Shown here one piece after another: positions 15,375-29,166 of a DNA stretch of 64,000 bases. Every line of letters starts with the position of its first letter. Position 1 is the stretch's first letter. The position numbers were made by a program, and so were the translations under genes. This DNA comes from Hormiphora californensis (taxonomy: Eukaryota > Animalia > Ctenophora): contig CM035353.1 in NCBI GenBank assembly GCA_020137815.1, positions 8,680,001 through 8,744,000 of the forward strand, in the 5' to 3' direction. A model generated the notes under the pieces. The model worked only from the letters and a program-made list of their open reading frames with translations, was not told where the DNA came from and searched no databases.

Positions 15375-17190
15375 AGTGTATCAGTGACATCAAGCAATGG
15401 ATGAAGCAAAACTACCTCAAGCTAAATGCCAGTAAAACGGAAATTCTGATACTCGACCACAAAGCCGACCGCACTCCTGGGCCAACTGGATTAGTGATTG
15501 AAAAAGACGAAAGTCCAATTGTACAGTCTACGGAAATCGAATCAACGACAAGTGCCCGTAATCTCGGTATTTGGCTCGATCCCACCCTCTCAATGGCAAG
15601 CCATATCTCGAAAATTGTCCAAGCATGTAATATGCAACTTCTGAATCTGTGGAGGATAGCTAGAAAACTTCCCAGGCAACTGAAAATCAAGCTAGTGCAT
15701 TCGTTAATACACTCTCGCCTAGACTATGGAAATGCCCTACTCTATGGTGCCACAGAATCTGATTTAAACCGCCTCCAAAAGGTCCAAAACAGTGCTGTAC
15801 GGTTCGTCTATGGAACAAGAAAGAGGAGAGGAGTGACCCAGATGCGGAAAGACCTACAATTCCTTCCGATCAAAAGCAGAATCATCTTCAAAATCTGCTT
15901 ACTAACATACAAATCCATCAATGGAATGGCTCCCCCCTACATCTCCAACCTCATCCCCCTCCGGAAGCCAAAGGTCAAGGTAGTCAGGGCAGACGAGGAT
16001 AGCACACTCCTCCACAAACCATACACACACAAGTACACATCCACTAGTAGAGCCTTTAGTATTAGTGCACCTAAATTGTGGAATGAGTTGCCGAAAACCC
16101 TGCGAGAAAGTGAATCTGTCGATGTGTTTAAACAGCAACTTAAAACTTACCTCTTTAAGAAAGCTTATTGCTAAGTGTCTCTCATTATCGGTGATATTCT
16201 ACACAGTGATCACTACCAGGGTCAGTGAACATCTGAATTTTAATTATTAACTGTTTTTTACTATCACTAATATTTTTATCACTCTTGTACACTGTTATCC
16301 ATGTAAACTGTTCTCCCTGTAAACTGTTTACTACTGTATACTGTTTCTATGCATGACTCATGTATTGATTCTGTATACTGTTTCTGTAACAATGTGCACG
16401 TATTTTTTTAATTATATATACAGATTATATATAGTCGAATTTTTTAATCAAGGGACAGGGGCCGCGCATTTACAAAAGTCTTTTTGCGCGTGCTAAACGT
16501 TTTCGCTCATATCTTCTGTTCCTGATAAGATAAAGACTCGATCTTGGTTGCGTTGAAAAGGTCTTAAAATTATCTTTCCAACGCTTCCGGGTTCAAGTCT
16601 TAAGATTGCCAGGAACTTGATCTCGATTATCACGCGCAAATACAAAGCCGCGCGACCCCTCTGAACGCGCGGCCCCCTGTCCCTTGATTAAAAAATTCGA
16701 CTTTATTTTATATGATACATTAAATTGTACTTACCTCAGTTCTATACCAACACCCACATCTCCACTACCCATACATGTCCATCACTCACCAACACATTCA
16801 TTTACTCACCTATTATACTTAATAATAGTCTATAACAATTAACTTATCTCTCTCTTAACATGAATAGCATTATATTATGTCTTTATTACTAATTCAATTA
16901 ATAAATATGATTGCACTCTTTTTAATCAAATTCTATCAATCAAATTAATTTATTTACTTAATTTATAAATAATCATCATAGCATATTCTCTTACTAATAC
17001 ATAGTATGTTGATGTTATCTTGACTGAGCGTTAAAAATATGTTATTGGCTCTCCTTTACCACTGGCCCTTTCTTGGACCGCTTTAGAAAGTGGTAAATGG
17101 TGTAGCATCGATCTGATTGAATCAGTAGCAAGCCATTTATTTTAAACACTATTAAGCGGTATATTAAATGTCATGAATTATTATTATTAA
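15375..17190 (+). mobile_element. 5'-truncated L2/Crack-group LINE (RT C-terminus, 3' UTR, (TTA)n tail)
   Basis: ORF 15401..16174: WMKQNYLKLNASKTEIL..RNLGIWLD..HSRLDYGNALLYG..LQKVQNSAVR..RAFSISAPKLWNELP. The tail aattattattattaa lies near 17180. Confidence 0.85.
16432..16702. mobile_element. MITE inserted in the L2 3' UTR
   Basis: Inverted repeats agtcgaattttttaatcaagggacaggggccgcgc / gcgcggccccctgtcccttgattaaaaaattcgact. Confidence 0.7.
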
Positions 17191-17711
17191 TTCCAAGTTT
17201 ATCTGGTAGGAAATATCCAGGCCTAACCCCAACCCAAAGCCCAACCTTAACCCTAACCCTACTTTAGCCCTAACCCTAAAAAACCGTTTGTCAGCACTCA
17301 CGAAACACCCAGATTTTAACGCTGGCCGTGTCTTCTGGAGGTGCAGTAAAACAAAAAAAAGTGCAATGGTGCGCTCTTGGATGTGGTCTCTTCGGGCGCG
17401 GTTATAATCTGGGTTCCTTGCAGCCTGTTTACAGGTGTGCGCTACCAAAAGAGTACACTTAGACCGACTTTTTTCAAACGGCTATAGCCACGCAACCACA
17501 TGGCCAATTTGAGTAAACTTTTTCCTATATCGGGGGAAGATTATGCTGCCGTTAAATCGGGGTGCCGCTAAATCGGGGGCCGTTAAATCGGGGTCCGACT
17601 GTACTACATTTTTACACTTTATCTAAATTTAAGACGTAAGCACTCATGCCTTGGGCATCTATTTTAATAGAGTCTGTCGGGTTTTGTATGAAGTATCAAT
17701 GTATCTTTATA

Positions 17712-18819
17712 CCGCGCGGCCCAAAAAAAACTAAGGGTACGTTGGCCTTCTTTTCTCCCAGAAGTTTTATTTCGATCACTCTGATATTTTGTCACAATAT
17801 GTGTATGGTTACTCATTCGAGGAATCCGGAGTTTCAAAACATAAAAGTGTGAAGTTCATGAATGAACCCAATTTCTCGTTTTTCGGGTTTTTCCAAGTTT
17901 TCTTATGGTTAAATTCGATTTTATTCTTAAAAATAGCAACCATGCATTAGAGTAAACAATAATAAATGGCAATCCGAGTTTTTATTAAAAATGAAACAAG
18001 TTTAGTTGGTGAAATAAATGATTAAAAAACGGTCATTTTTACCAAACATCGATTTTAATCGATTTTGACAAGAAATTGGTAAATTCAGGCGCTAAAAATT
18101 CGTACGGCCATTACACTTGATCGATATTGATGTTAGCTAGAATTTCGGCTCTCTATCTAAAAATTCATTTTTTCGACTGGAATGAATCCTAAATGAACTT
18201 GAAAACAAAAAAGGTATTCCAAACCGGAATTTCACAGTCGCCTTCGGGTAACGATTTCCTTTCAAACGCGACTAATTTTAGCTCAATTGGACCACCACAA
18301 GAGACACAGTGGCCACTTTTCCGACACTAGGTCTGGCCAAGTGACCCCTATTGGACCGCTAGCGTCATTACTAAGTGCCAATAAGCAGGTTTAACGGTCG
18401 CGTATCACGTATCACATCTGCTAATTAGGACGGTATACCGATACAGCGTCCGTTAGAATGTAAGTTCTCTTGCTAACACGTCATAATTTGATGGGGATCA
18501 CATGACCCAACCTAGGCTAGGTAAACTGGTCACTGTGATTCTTGGGGTGATCCAATTAAGCTCAAACTGGTCGCGTTCGAAAGAAAATCGATAGCCAAAC
18601 AAATTTGTAAAACTTTGGTACCAAAATATGGTCCCGTTTTGGCGTTCATTAAATGTTCATTCGGGCGAAAAAAATGAATTTTCATCCAGAGGGCTGAAAC
18701 TCCGGATTCCTCGAATGAGTAACCATACAAATATTGTGACAAAATATCAGAGTGATTGAAATTAAATTTCTAGGAGAAAAGAAGGCCAACGTACCCTTAG
18801 TTTTTTTTGGGCCGCGCGG
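17712..18819. mobile_element. 1.1-kb TA-flanked non-autonomous DNA transposon
   Basis: ta|ccgcgcggcccaaaaaaaactaagggtacgttggccttc ... gaaggccaacgtacccttagttttttttgggccgcgcgg|ta, with TIR similarity extending more than 120 bp. Confidence 0.8.
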
Positions 18820-19904
18820 TATTTTACCTTTTTCAAATCAAATCAAATCAAATTAAACGGTAATTGATAGAGAATCGATAGCCCTAACCGATAACCCCAA
18901 ACCAAACCCTAACCAGAGTCCAGACCCTAACGGATGAGGCCCCTCGGAAATGTTCAAGTCATGCACAATCAAGTCACGCCCACCAATCACAGCTCAGAAC
19001 GCGCGGAGTGACTTGAACATTTCCGAGGGGCCTCATAGCCCTAACCCGTCGCGCACGCTAAAACTACGAATTGTTAGCAATGGAGGCGAGACACTGTGTT
19101 GAGACGCGCACAATGCGACGCGCATGCGACGCGCATTTTGGCATTGCGACGCGCACCCTGTTTTGAATTTCGAGTAAAACTGCCAAAAAAGTTGAAAAAA
19201 TTTTGTCTCCAAAAGTTTCAAAATCTTTTTTGTTTGACTTATGGCATGCTTGCGGTCGAAAATAAGTTGGATAACGGTGGAGTAAAATCCCTTTTATGGT
19301 CAAATTTTGACTTTTTTGGCAATAACTCTGTCATTTCTTGTCCACATCGCACAATCTTAGGCTCGTTGGGAAGAGAGTATCGAGAACTTTCCAATGGGCA
19401 ATGATTAAACGGTCAATAAAGTCAGGGCTAAATCTCTGAGACTGTGTTTAGAAAAGGCGTGTTTTGAAGCTTTCTGTGTAATTTCCTCGCCATTGTAGCG
19501 CTGATTTTGATGTCCTGAGCTGTAGTCAAGCTTTCAATTTGAAGGAGCTCAATGCAAAATTTTCAAAAACGTCTCTACCAAACCTATTTCGTAGCAGATA
19601 GACAACCATACGCTTTCAAGTTAATTAGTCGAACGCTGATTTACCAGCGTGCTCAAGGGAATTGAATAACAGTGGTCATCCGACATAAACCGACGTGAAA
19701 TTCGACCTGAATCTCGACCTGGAATGAGGCGCGCATCAGAGAGATGTGCCGCAGTAAGCAAATGATGTCGCGCTTCAACTCTTCTCTCTCGTTAGTCTTT
19801 GTGTCTTTCTCACTACGAATGTGCGCCTCATTCCAGGTCGAGATTCAGGTCGAATTTCACGTCGAGGTATGGCAATTATGTCGGATGACCACTGTTAACC
19901 AAAA

Positions 19905-22900
19905 CCCAAATACATTTCCGTCTTCTCCAGCTGTACAAGTGTCCTGATTGGTAAAATATTTCTGGATTATCATGTATCTCTCCCGTCTCCGTTGAAGAGA
20001 TAAAATTCCCAGCTGTGTCAGCCTTTCCCAGTAGTTAAGGCCTTGACATTCCGCAATTCTCCTGGTAAAGAATCTCTGTATAGTTTCGATCTTGATAACA
20101 TCTCCGATATTGGTTGGAGACCATAAGGGAGAACAGTATTCAAGTTTGGGTCTTAGCAGTGACTTGAGGAGAGTTACCATAGTCTTCTCGGAGCGGTCTC
20201 TGAACAGTGAACACCCCAAGAATCCATCCTGCTAGACGTTTTGCTTCACCGGTGATGGTGTTAATGTGGGTAGACCATGATCCATCGTTTGTCATGTTGA
20301 CTCCAAGATCTCTCACACAAGTAGTAGGTTCGATAGCTTCGCCTGATGGGGTGTAATACCTGTAATACTCCGAGTTGAAGGGCATCTCCCGGAGTTCTCT
20401 GGTCTTGTTAAGGGTGTAGTTTAGGACTTCAAACTTCTGCTCATGCAGCAGCATATTGTTTCTTCCCGACTATTCCGCTATCTGTTCCAGATTTTCTTGT
20501 AGGGCATCCCTGTCTTCCAATCCAGTAATTGCTTGGCGGCTTTTGGTGTCGTCCGCGACGGTAAGCGTACCTCCCGTCGTCCGGGATACCAAGTCACACA
20601 CATATATGATGAATAGAAGGGGATCTGAATCCGTGTTGTTCGTTGTTTAGAATACCTTGCCACTCAACAAATTCAGTTATCTCCTTGCGCACCACTCGTT
20701 CGAAGGTTTTGGTCACATGACTGGTCAGTGCTACCGGTCGGTAGTTCTCAGCTATACTTTTGTTTCCTTTCTTGAAGATAGGGGCTATCTGCTGTCTCTT
20801 CAACTCCTCTGGAATACTTCCCTCAGCAAAGGATTATGTCCACAGTCTCCACAGGGGGTAGGCTAAATAGCTTCGAAATTCCCTTAATATGAGAGCTGGA
20901 ATTCCATCTTTGGGTGACGCCGAGTGTGGTTTCAATTCTGCAAGCGCTTCCTCAATATCTGCCGGTGTGAAGGAAATGTCGGTCAGCTCCTCTGTCTGCT
21001 CCTCGATACCTAGAAGGGCGTCCTCTACCTTTACCTGAGATGGATCGCTGAATACCTTGACGTACTGGGTCTGGAGGATCTCGGCCTTTTCCAGGGGTCA
21101 TCAGTAAGGGCTCCACTCGGCGTTAATAGGGGTCCGATGTTTGAGTGTGTTTTCCTCTTGCTGTTCGCGTAGGAAAAGAAGACCTTCGGGTTAGTCTTGA
21201 TCTGGGTCACAATCTTGTCCTCTTCTGCATTAATCTGGTTGATTAAATGCTCCTTGATGGCTGTTATAGTGACCGCGACGAGTTCTTCTAGCTTTTCCAC
21301 TCTCGAACGGCTTGATCCTTTCTATTTTTGCTATTCTTCGATTGATTCGTCTCCTCTTCGACTGGAGTTTGGTGAGAACTCTGTCTTTACCTGTACCTGA
21401 CCTTACCTTGCCTTCCGCTGACCTCACCTTGGGTGGGGATGTGTGGCAAGTGATTTGAAGAATATAGTGAGGTTCATGAGTTGATTGAATGTTGTGATTG
21501 GGTCTATGTTCTCAACATTTTTGCACAACTCCCACAGACAGTCCCACTCAATATCAGTTATATATTAGTATTTCCCTCCTTTTATTCATGTCTGCTTTGT
21601 GATAACAGACACCATTAAACGACCATCTATCAAATTGTTTGCTATGAGAACCCTTGGTGTTCTCATGGACCATCAGTTGACTCTTGAGAGACAGATATTC
21701 AATGTTAAGAAACAGTGTGGCCTTATGCTCAACAACTTGTGGCAGGTCAACAAGTGTCTTGACAAAGATACCAAGATTATGTGGTCAAGCAACTGGTCAT
21801 TTCCCGGATTGATTACTGCAACATCCTTTACTATGGACTACCTAAGAGGATATTGAGGTATCTTCAGAAGACCCTGAATTCTTTGTGTGCGTTTCATTTT
21901 CAATCTAAAGGGACATCAGGATGACTACACAGAATACTACAAGGAGGCACACATTCTACCTATTGAGCAGAGGCTGACTTTCAAGGCATGTCTTTTGGCG
22001 TACAAGATTGTACGAGGCACTGCACCCAAGTATCTGATGGACCTGGTCCCTCGTGATGACAATCCTGAACCTGTAAAACCTACCCGATCTACCTCAGTTC
22101 CAGATTTCTTCAGGTTGAAATATCCAAAGCTCTCAAGTGTAAATGCGAATTCTAAGTTAAGAAGGAGGAGGATCTCTGTATTCCTGCCGGAAGTGTGGAA
22201 CTCCCTGCCATTGGAGTTAAGGTCTGTTCACCCTGTTGAACTCTTCAAGACAAGGCTTAAGACCCGGCTATTTAAGGAAGCTTTCGTTGATCCAGAGAGC
22301 AGTAGCACCTGAGTCATCTCGTCTTTGGGTCACTGGTTCTGTTCTGGTCTGGGTTTAGTGTTCCCCTTAGGCAGACGTTTATTTAGACAGTGTTATTCCT
22401 CATTACATTTACCGGGCTTGCAGTAATAGCTGCTGACTTTTTAATAGCTTTGAGAGCTGCTGTCTTTGAGTAGCATGAGAGCTGCTGACTTTGTAATTTA
22501 GCTTATTCAGTGTGAGAGCATTTTTATGCCTATCTAAGTTGGTTCGTATTTTATGAGGCCCGTATTTTCATCAATAAAAGTCTATCTATGGTGTGTTTAA
22601 ATCCACATTTTAATAGTGTGTGTCATAAGTAAGGAAGGTGTTATAATTTAGGTATACCGCTCTGACGCTGAGCAGTGTCAGTCAAAATTCAGTTTGCTGG
22701 CCCTGTTTTGCCTGGGCGGTATACAAAAACTTATATTATTATTATTATTATTATTAATGTGAGTAACGGTGGTCATATTATACCCTAGTGTTCCTACAAC
22801 GGTCCGGTGATCTGAGATAGTATTGGACTCTTCTACTTCAGTTTTGACAAAATAATCGGGTCTGTTGGTCAATATTACATCTAGCAAACTCGAAGACCTG

Positions 22901-23250
22901 GTTGCCTCGTTCACAACTTGCGTTAGGAAATTTTCCTGGGTGAAGTTATCGGTTGCCTCTGTCGTCACATCCATGTGTTTTCCCTCGGAGCTGTGGTTGT
23001 CCCACTCAAAATTCGGAAGATTCAGGTCACCCATAAGAAATAGATCAGGAACGGTGCCAGTCTCAGAATGGTGATCAATGAACAGCTGGAGCTTTGCTAA
23101 TAGCGGTTGGTATTCCCATTTCCCCCGTTCGGTAGATTGATGCAATGACCGTGTGGCTTTTCTAATGTATACAACCACCATGTTATAATAATCAGAATAA
23201 GAGGTTTTATCTGTGACTATTAGAGAGCTATGGGTGAACAATGCGCTTCC
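19905..23250 (-). mobile_element. Degenerate CR1-group LINE (APE + RT) split by an L2 insertion
   Basis: APE motifs GGSALF..MGDLNLPN..LLDVILTN..ISDH at 22756-23250. Also NPKVFFSYAN, IAPIFKKGNK..NYRPVALTSH and LLRPKLEYCSPLWSP at 19905-21545. Many frameshifts. Confidence 0.8.
21545..22755 (+). mobile_element. L2-group LINE 3' fragment inserted antisense in the CR1 element
   Basis: RTLGVLMDHQL.., HILPIEQRLTFKACLLAYK..PEVWNSLP..FKTRLKTRLF. Short inverted repeat gtataccgc...gcggtatac near the 3' end and a (TTA)n tail at about 22735-22755. Confidence 0.8.
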
Positions 23251-23254
23251 ACCA

Positions 23255-24400
23255 TCTGTTCTTCCTTCCTTCCTTCCCTTTTTCCTTCCTTCCGTCCTTC
23301 CTTCCTTCCTTCCTTCCTTTTCCTTCCTTCCTTCCTTCCTTTCCTTCCTTCCTTCCTTCCTGTGCTCTTCTGTCTTCCTTCCTTCTGTCCTTCTCCTTCC
23401 TTCCTGGTCCTTCCTGCCTCCTTCCTTCCTTTCCTTCCTTCCTTCCTTCCTTCCTGCCTTGCCTTCCTCCTTCCTTCCTTCCTTCCTTTCCTTTCCTTCT
23501 TCCTTCCTTCCTTCCTTCCGTTTCCTTCCCTTCCTTTTCCTTCCGCTTTCCTTCCTTTTCGCGTCCTCCTTCCCTTCCTTCCTTCCTTCCTTCCTTCCTT
23601 CCTTTCCTTCCTTTCCTATCCTTCCTTTTCCTTCTTCTTCCTTCGCTCTCCTTCCTTGCTCCGCTTCCTCTCCGTATTCCTTCCTACCCTCCTTCCTCCT
23701 TCCTTCCTGTGCCGTCCTTCCTCCGTCCCCTCCGTCCTTCCGTGCCCGGTTAGCCCGTCCTTCCTTCCTTCCTTGCCTTTCCCTTTCCTTCCGAGTCCTG
23801 TGGTTGCGCTCCATCTCCTTCTCTACCATCCCTTCCAGTTTCCTGTTGCTCTTCCTATTTATCCTTACCCTTCCCCGCCTGTTGTCCTTCCTTCCTGTTC
23901 TTCCTTCCTTTCCGTCCTTCCTGGTCTTCCCTTCCTTCCTTCCTTTCCTTCTTCACGGTCCTTCCTTCCCATCCTTCCTTCCTTCCTTCCTTCCTTCCTT
24001 CCTTCCTTCCTTCATCCTTCCTTCCGTCCTTCCTTTCCTTCCCTTCCTTCCTGCCTGCCGTCCTTCTTCCTTGCTACTGTCCTTCCCTCCCTTCCTCCTT
24101 CCCTGTCTTCCTTTTCCGGCCGTCCTTCCCCTTCCTGCCGGCCTGCCTCCTGCCGTCTTCCTTCCGAGCCGGCCGTCCGTTTCCGGCCGTCCTCCTGCCT
24201 TCCTTCCTTTTCCATTCCCGTCCTTCCTCCTTCCTTTCCGCTCCTCCGTCCTTCCTTCCTGCGCTTCCTTCTTCCTTCCGTCCTTCCCTATTCCTTCCTC
24301 TTCGCTTCCTATCCCTTTTGCCTTCCTTCCTTCCTTCCTTCCTGTCCTTCCCTCAATTCCTTCCTGGACGTGACCCTATCCTGTGCCCGCGTTCACCGGG
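23255..24400. repeat. Degenerate (TTCC)n low-complexity tract
   Basis: Polypyrimidine tetranucleotide repeat that produces the spurious PSFL / RKEG ORFs. Confidence 0.9.
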
Positions 24401-27353
24401 CCGTCCGGAGCCAGTCCTGCCCGTCCCGGGCGCTAGCCTGCCTTTCCCTCTGCCGGGTCCAGGTTGTAACGGCGGGCCCTTCCCTTACCTTGACTGCCTT
24501 TCCTTCTCTGTCCGGTTCTGCGTCGCCCCTGCACTCGCGTTCCTTTCCCTTCGCTTCCCTTTCTCATTCGTCCTTCCTTCCTATTCCTCTGTCTCCCATT
24601 GCCTTCCTGATCCTTCCTTTGAACCAAAATCTTTGCTCCTTACCACATGCACGCCCCCTCTTACCGGGCACACAAATTGCAGCTGTTCAGAATCATATGT
24701 GGTGGTGTTTTTTCAATACACTCTATCAGTAGCTCCTTCTGTAGTGCTATCCTCCGAATCGTCTTGTTGAGGCAGTGCCTACCAATGCGTGTCTTTTTTC
24801 CTCCGTTTTTACTGCCAAGTCTAACTTGTGTGCTGTTCTCCTTCATACCGACTTAAGCCTGTCTCCCCCCATGTCCCCCACATGAGTCTATACACACACT
24901 GCTACCCTTCCCCTAACTCGGATCCGCCTGCTTTCCTCCTTTACAACACCCTTCCGCCCTGTTCTTGTCTCCGGCATTCTTATGTTTGAATTTCCCTGAT
25001 TCTTATTCTTTACAAAGCCCCGATCTTTCCATCGTTATTCGTTTTGTTCATTCTGGTCCTTCATTGCTCCACCGTGTCTGTGTTTGATCACACTTCTCCC
25101 CTCTGCCGCCCTCCTTACTCGTCCCCCGTTCATCACCTCAACATTGAATCTCTCCTTCCCCTTCCTCTCGTTCTCTCAGCAGTTTGATGAGGAAAAGATT
25201 GGGAAAACGAACACTGGGAAAGTTTCGGTCTGTTTGACACGTTGGTGTGAGATACCTCCACTTGATCCGGGTAGGAGACGTACATCTTAACTGCCACGTG
25301 AGATGCCTTTTTACCATGAGCTCGTGGAAAGAGAAATACTGGAATGCAATCAACACGGATAAATCTTCCAGCACAGACCTGCCCGCTCTTCATTCGAGCA
25401 CCTCCCTGTCATTACGTTGGGTTAAAATGGGAGTGGCAACGTAGGTACATTGTGTTCCGACGAGGAAAGACAGTTGGACCGTCCCCTTGGGTCGTGAAAC
25501 TCGTGTGGATGTATTTCTTACTTGTTCAATGCTCATTACTATTTTCAGGATCATTGATAACTTGATAAATGATAATGGTGGTGCCTTTTGGCAATATATT
25601 GTCAAACAAAAAGTTAGCTTTTTCCTTTTGAGCGTTAAAATCCAATCTAATGTACATTTCCAATACATGTCAACAACACTGTCAATGCAATGCAACAAAA
25701 AGACTATGTAAAACTACAATAGTGTTGTTAATGTCCACGGAAACTTCTGGATGCAATGCCGTAACTCTCGGGCTGAGCATGTGTCTTTTCTCTAGATTAA
25801 CTTTCTTTCTAATTGCCTTGCCCCCACATACACAACACGCTTTTGGTCTGAAAAATGAAATTAGAAAACGAATATTTCCTCTCCAATATAGACTTTTTTC
25901 AAATAATTCCAAAGTGTGTTATCTTGTTGGAAACAATTAAACAACCAAGAATCCAATTGGTTGGGCCCTCATTTATCTTCTCATTCCTTGATTTCAGTCG
26001 CTCTTCATCGAGCTCCGAAACAGAAGTGTGTGAAATTGGAATGTGTTTGTATGTAACGCGCGAGAAGAAAATTGAGGGTTAAGTACTGCGACATTCGCGG
26101 CTCGCGCGGTGAGCCCTCTTTCCTGTAAGCGCGCGCTCTCTTCTGGAGCTGCGTGCATCTGCAACAGTGCATCTCTTTCCCCGATTGCGGTGCAACCTTC
26201 TCTTGAGGCTCTCGGACTCCGTTGGGTCACCATCATCTCCCAAAAAGTCCAAGAGGCCCAATCTGTAAAAGTTTAAAACGGCATCTTTGCGTTTACGCAT
26301 GCTTTTTCTTGAATTGTCGGTTGAACCATTTGGTGCGCGTCGCATGTGCGCGTCCTCATGCGCGTCTCATGCGGTCGCGATAAATGCGCGTCCTTCAACC
26401 ATCTGGGGGGGGTGCCTCCATAAAGTCGGTGTTTTTTTGTTTTTCGCCTCTAATGCGTCCGACTCCCGGTACTATTCCTGTCTCGCGCCCCCCCGCCCAT
26501 GTTCTCCGCGCCCGTGGCCCGATCCCTCACAATTTGTTAGCCGACCTCTAGACTTGTCTTTTTTGCGTCTCCACGCACTCTAGCTTCATGGTATAACTAT
26601 TGTCCTTCTACTTCACCCCCTGCCTTTGTTTCTTTCTCTTGACGCAGCAGCCTGTATTGCTGTCATCTTGCGATACACCAAACGCTTTTACCCTTTAGGG
26701 TACAGCCACTTCCGCTCCCCTCCGGGCTAGCTCCTACGTGGTGCAACTGCTTCTGTCTCGTCACGCCCCTCCTTGCGACCCACCCCGCTTCTGGGTCTTT
26801 GCCAGAGATATTATAAAGCTTTTGCGCATCGAGTGCCAGTCATTCTCTTGTTGCGACAGAGTGTAACCTTTGGTCCAAAGTGTGCTCCGTCCGTCACTGT
26901 TCGCGTTACAACCACTTTCCCGGCGAAGTTCCGCGTCGAGAGTTTCTCCTTCGTCTCCTGAATCCATCGCCGCTGATCCCCCCTGCCAACTCCTGACCGG
27001 TATGTCCGGATCTGCTGTTTGAGTAAATGAACATTATGCTCTTGACTCTTTCCGATTATATAATGTGCCGATTTTTGATTTTAAACGGTCCTAAACCCCG
27101 CCACTTTACCTCTTGGCCCCTTGTTTTGCCGTTCTGCGTCGCCAATGTTTTTGCGCGATCACAATCTTCCAGCTCGAGTTTCACACTGTTTAACCTTACA
27201 CCTATTTCCGTGTGGTTGGTGCGATCGCTTCAATTTGATACTTTCTGGCCTCACAGCGTCCTGCGCGTGTGCGTTCCGCTTTGGGCAGGTCGACAGTTTC
27301 AAAAATTCCACTGAGCGCTTTTTGCCGCTTCAAAAAAAATCCGGACTATTAAC

Positions 27354-27453
27354 NNNNNNNNNNNNNNNNNNNNNNNNNNNNNNNNNNNNNNNNNNNNNNN
27401 NNNNNNNNNNNNNNNNNNNNNNNNNNNNNNNNNNNNNNNNNNNNNNNNNNNNN
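27354..27453. other. Assembly gap (100 N)
   Basis: Run of exactly 100 N, typical of a scaffolding join. Confidence 0.99.
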
Positions 27454-27594
27454 ACCAATTACTAGGTAGAATGTAACATATTGGTGTGTGTAACTTGCCT
27501 GGCTAGACTGTGTTTCGGGCGCCCCGCCCCCGAATTACAAATGTAAAGGGAGGGTTAGAACATAACAATGTGTAACATGGTTTGTGTGTTGCAG

Positions 27595-29095
27595 GAGGAT
27601 AGTATGAAGGAGAACCAAACGGAGAGTTTCCTCTTGGCACAGCGCCAAATGATGGAGGCCAAGTTAGCTGAGGATAACAAGGTGGAGGAGGAACTATCCA
27701 GGATTAGGGAGGAGGAAGCTAAACAGAAAAGTTTCATTGAGGCCGAAGCTTCGAGAATTCGATTGGAAAAAGAGCAGTGAGTTAAATTTGAAAACGTAGA
27801 AGAGACGAGAGAGAGAGAGTTTTAAATTCGTTTTACATTCGATAAATTCACACTCTTTTCAGGTTGGAGAAAGAGCGACAGCGGCAGGCAGAGAAGGCCC
27901 GACAGGAATTGGAGGAAGCTGAGAGAGCGAGACAGGCACTGGCACAGGAGAGGCTCAACCTAGAAAGGTTGGTGGGGTCACTGATACTATACTCGGTAGT
28001 GATGTGCGGAGGGCGCGGGTCCACCGCCACTGAGAAAGTGGAACATGTAGTCAGTGTATTATCGTCAGCTTGAGTGTGCGCGCGCGAGACCGGCAATCTC
28101 ACCAGACACCACTGGGAAATCTACTGCACCACATGATCTTGTTAGAAAGGTTCCATTGCTAACGTAGTGGTTCTGTTGCCGATGATGTAGTAGTTAAACC
28201 TTATTTGGGGATTGTTTTAGGGAGAGACAGCTCGTCAAACAAAAAGAGGAGGAGCTGTTAAAACGACAGGAACTTGAACGGAAGAATTTGGCAGAGGGTA
28301 AGTGTCGTTATTACTGATTATGGAGATTGAGAATACGTTGCTCATTTCTTATCATCTGTATCCCGTTTATCTCTAATACAGACTTGATAAGTGTATTATT
28401 AACACTAATCCTCACAGTTCGGCTGGCCCAAGAGAGAGCAGCTGCACAAAAGGCAGCGGAAGAAGCAAAGGCACTAGCAAGGGCGCAAGAAGAGGCCGCT
28501 AAGGTAGGTAGGACGGACAGCTGGGTAACATAGATTTAACACATGGTTTCAATCTAGGCTGCTCGAGAGGCTGAAAGGAAAGCTGCCCAGGAGAGAAAAC
28601 AAACATCACCTCCTCAACGGGCTTGGGGAGCAACGGTAATTTAGACTAATGATCCCTACTATCTACTTGCTTTGTTTCGCGGTGAGATAGGGTCCAACAA
28701 GTATCTCAATAATTTCAGGATACCACCCAGAACACACCGCCTCCACCAGCCCAACCTAGCACTGGAGGATGGGTATCTAAAGCACAGTGGGGATCACCAC
28801 CACAACAGGAGAACACCAACCCCTGGGCTAATATTGTACGTTATGTTTAGTCTTTCTAACTTCAAATGAATTACAAAGCTTAAATCATCTCTCACTCACC
28901 CAATCTCTACCCCCTCCATCTCCTGCAGCCAAAGGCTAACACGACCCGATCCACGGCCCCGACAACCCGAGCAGCTCCTAGCGGCCGGGGTTGGTCTAAA
29001 CCAGGCAGCGCCACTACGGGAGGGACTATTCCTCTTTCTCAAATCCAGCAGGATGAGGTCAAGCGAAAAGCTAGCGCTGTAAGTGTGTTATCATT

Positions 29096-29166
<71 letters not shown>

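Noticed and set aside
22678-24732. Long ORFs of 383-500 aa
   Set aside because: They arise from stop-free (TTCC)n. Only the C-terminal part of 22678..23829 is real, as a decayed LINE endonuclease.
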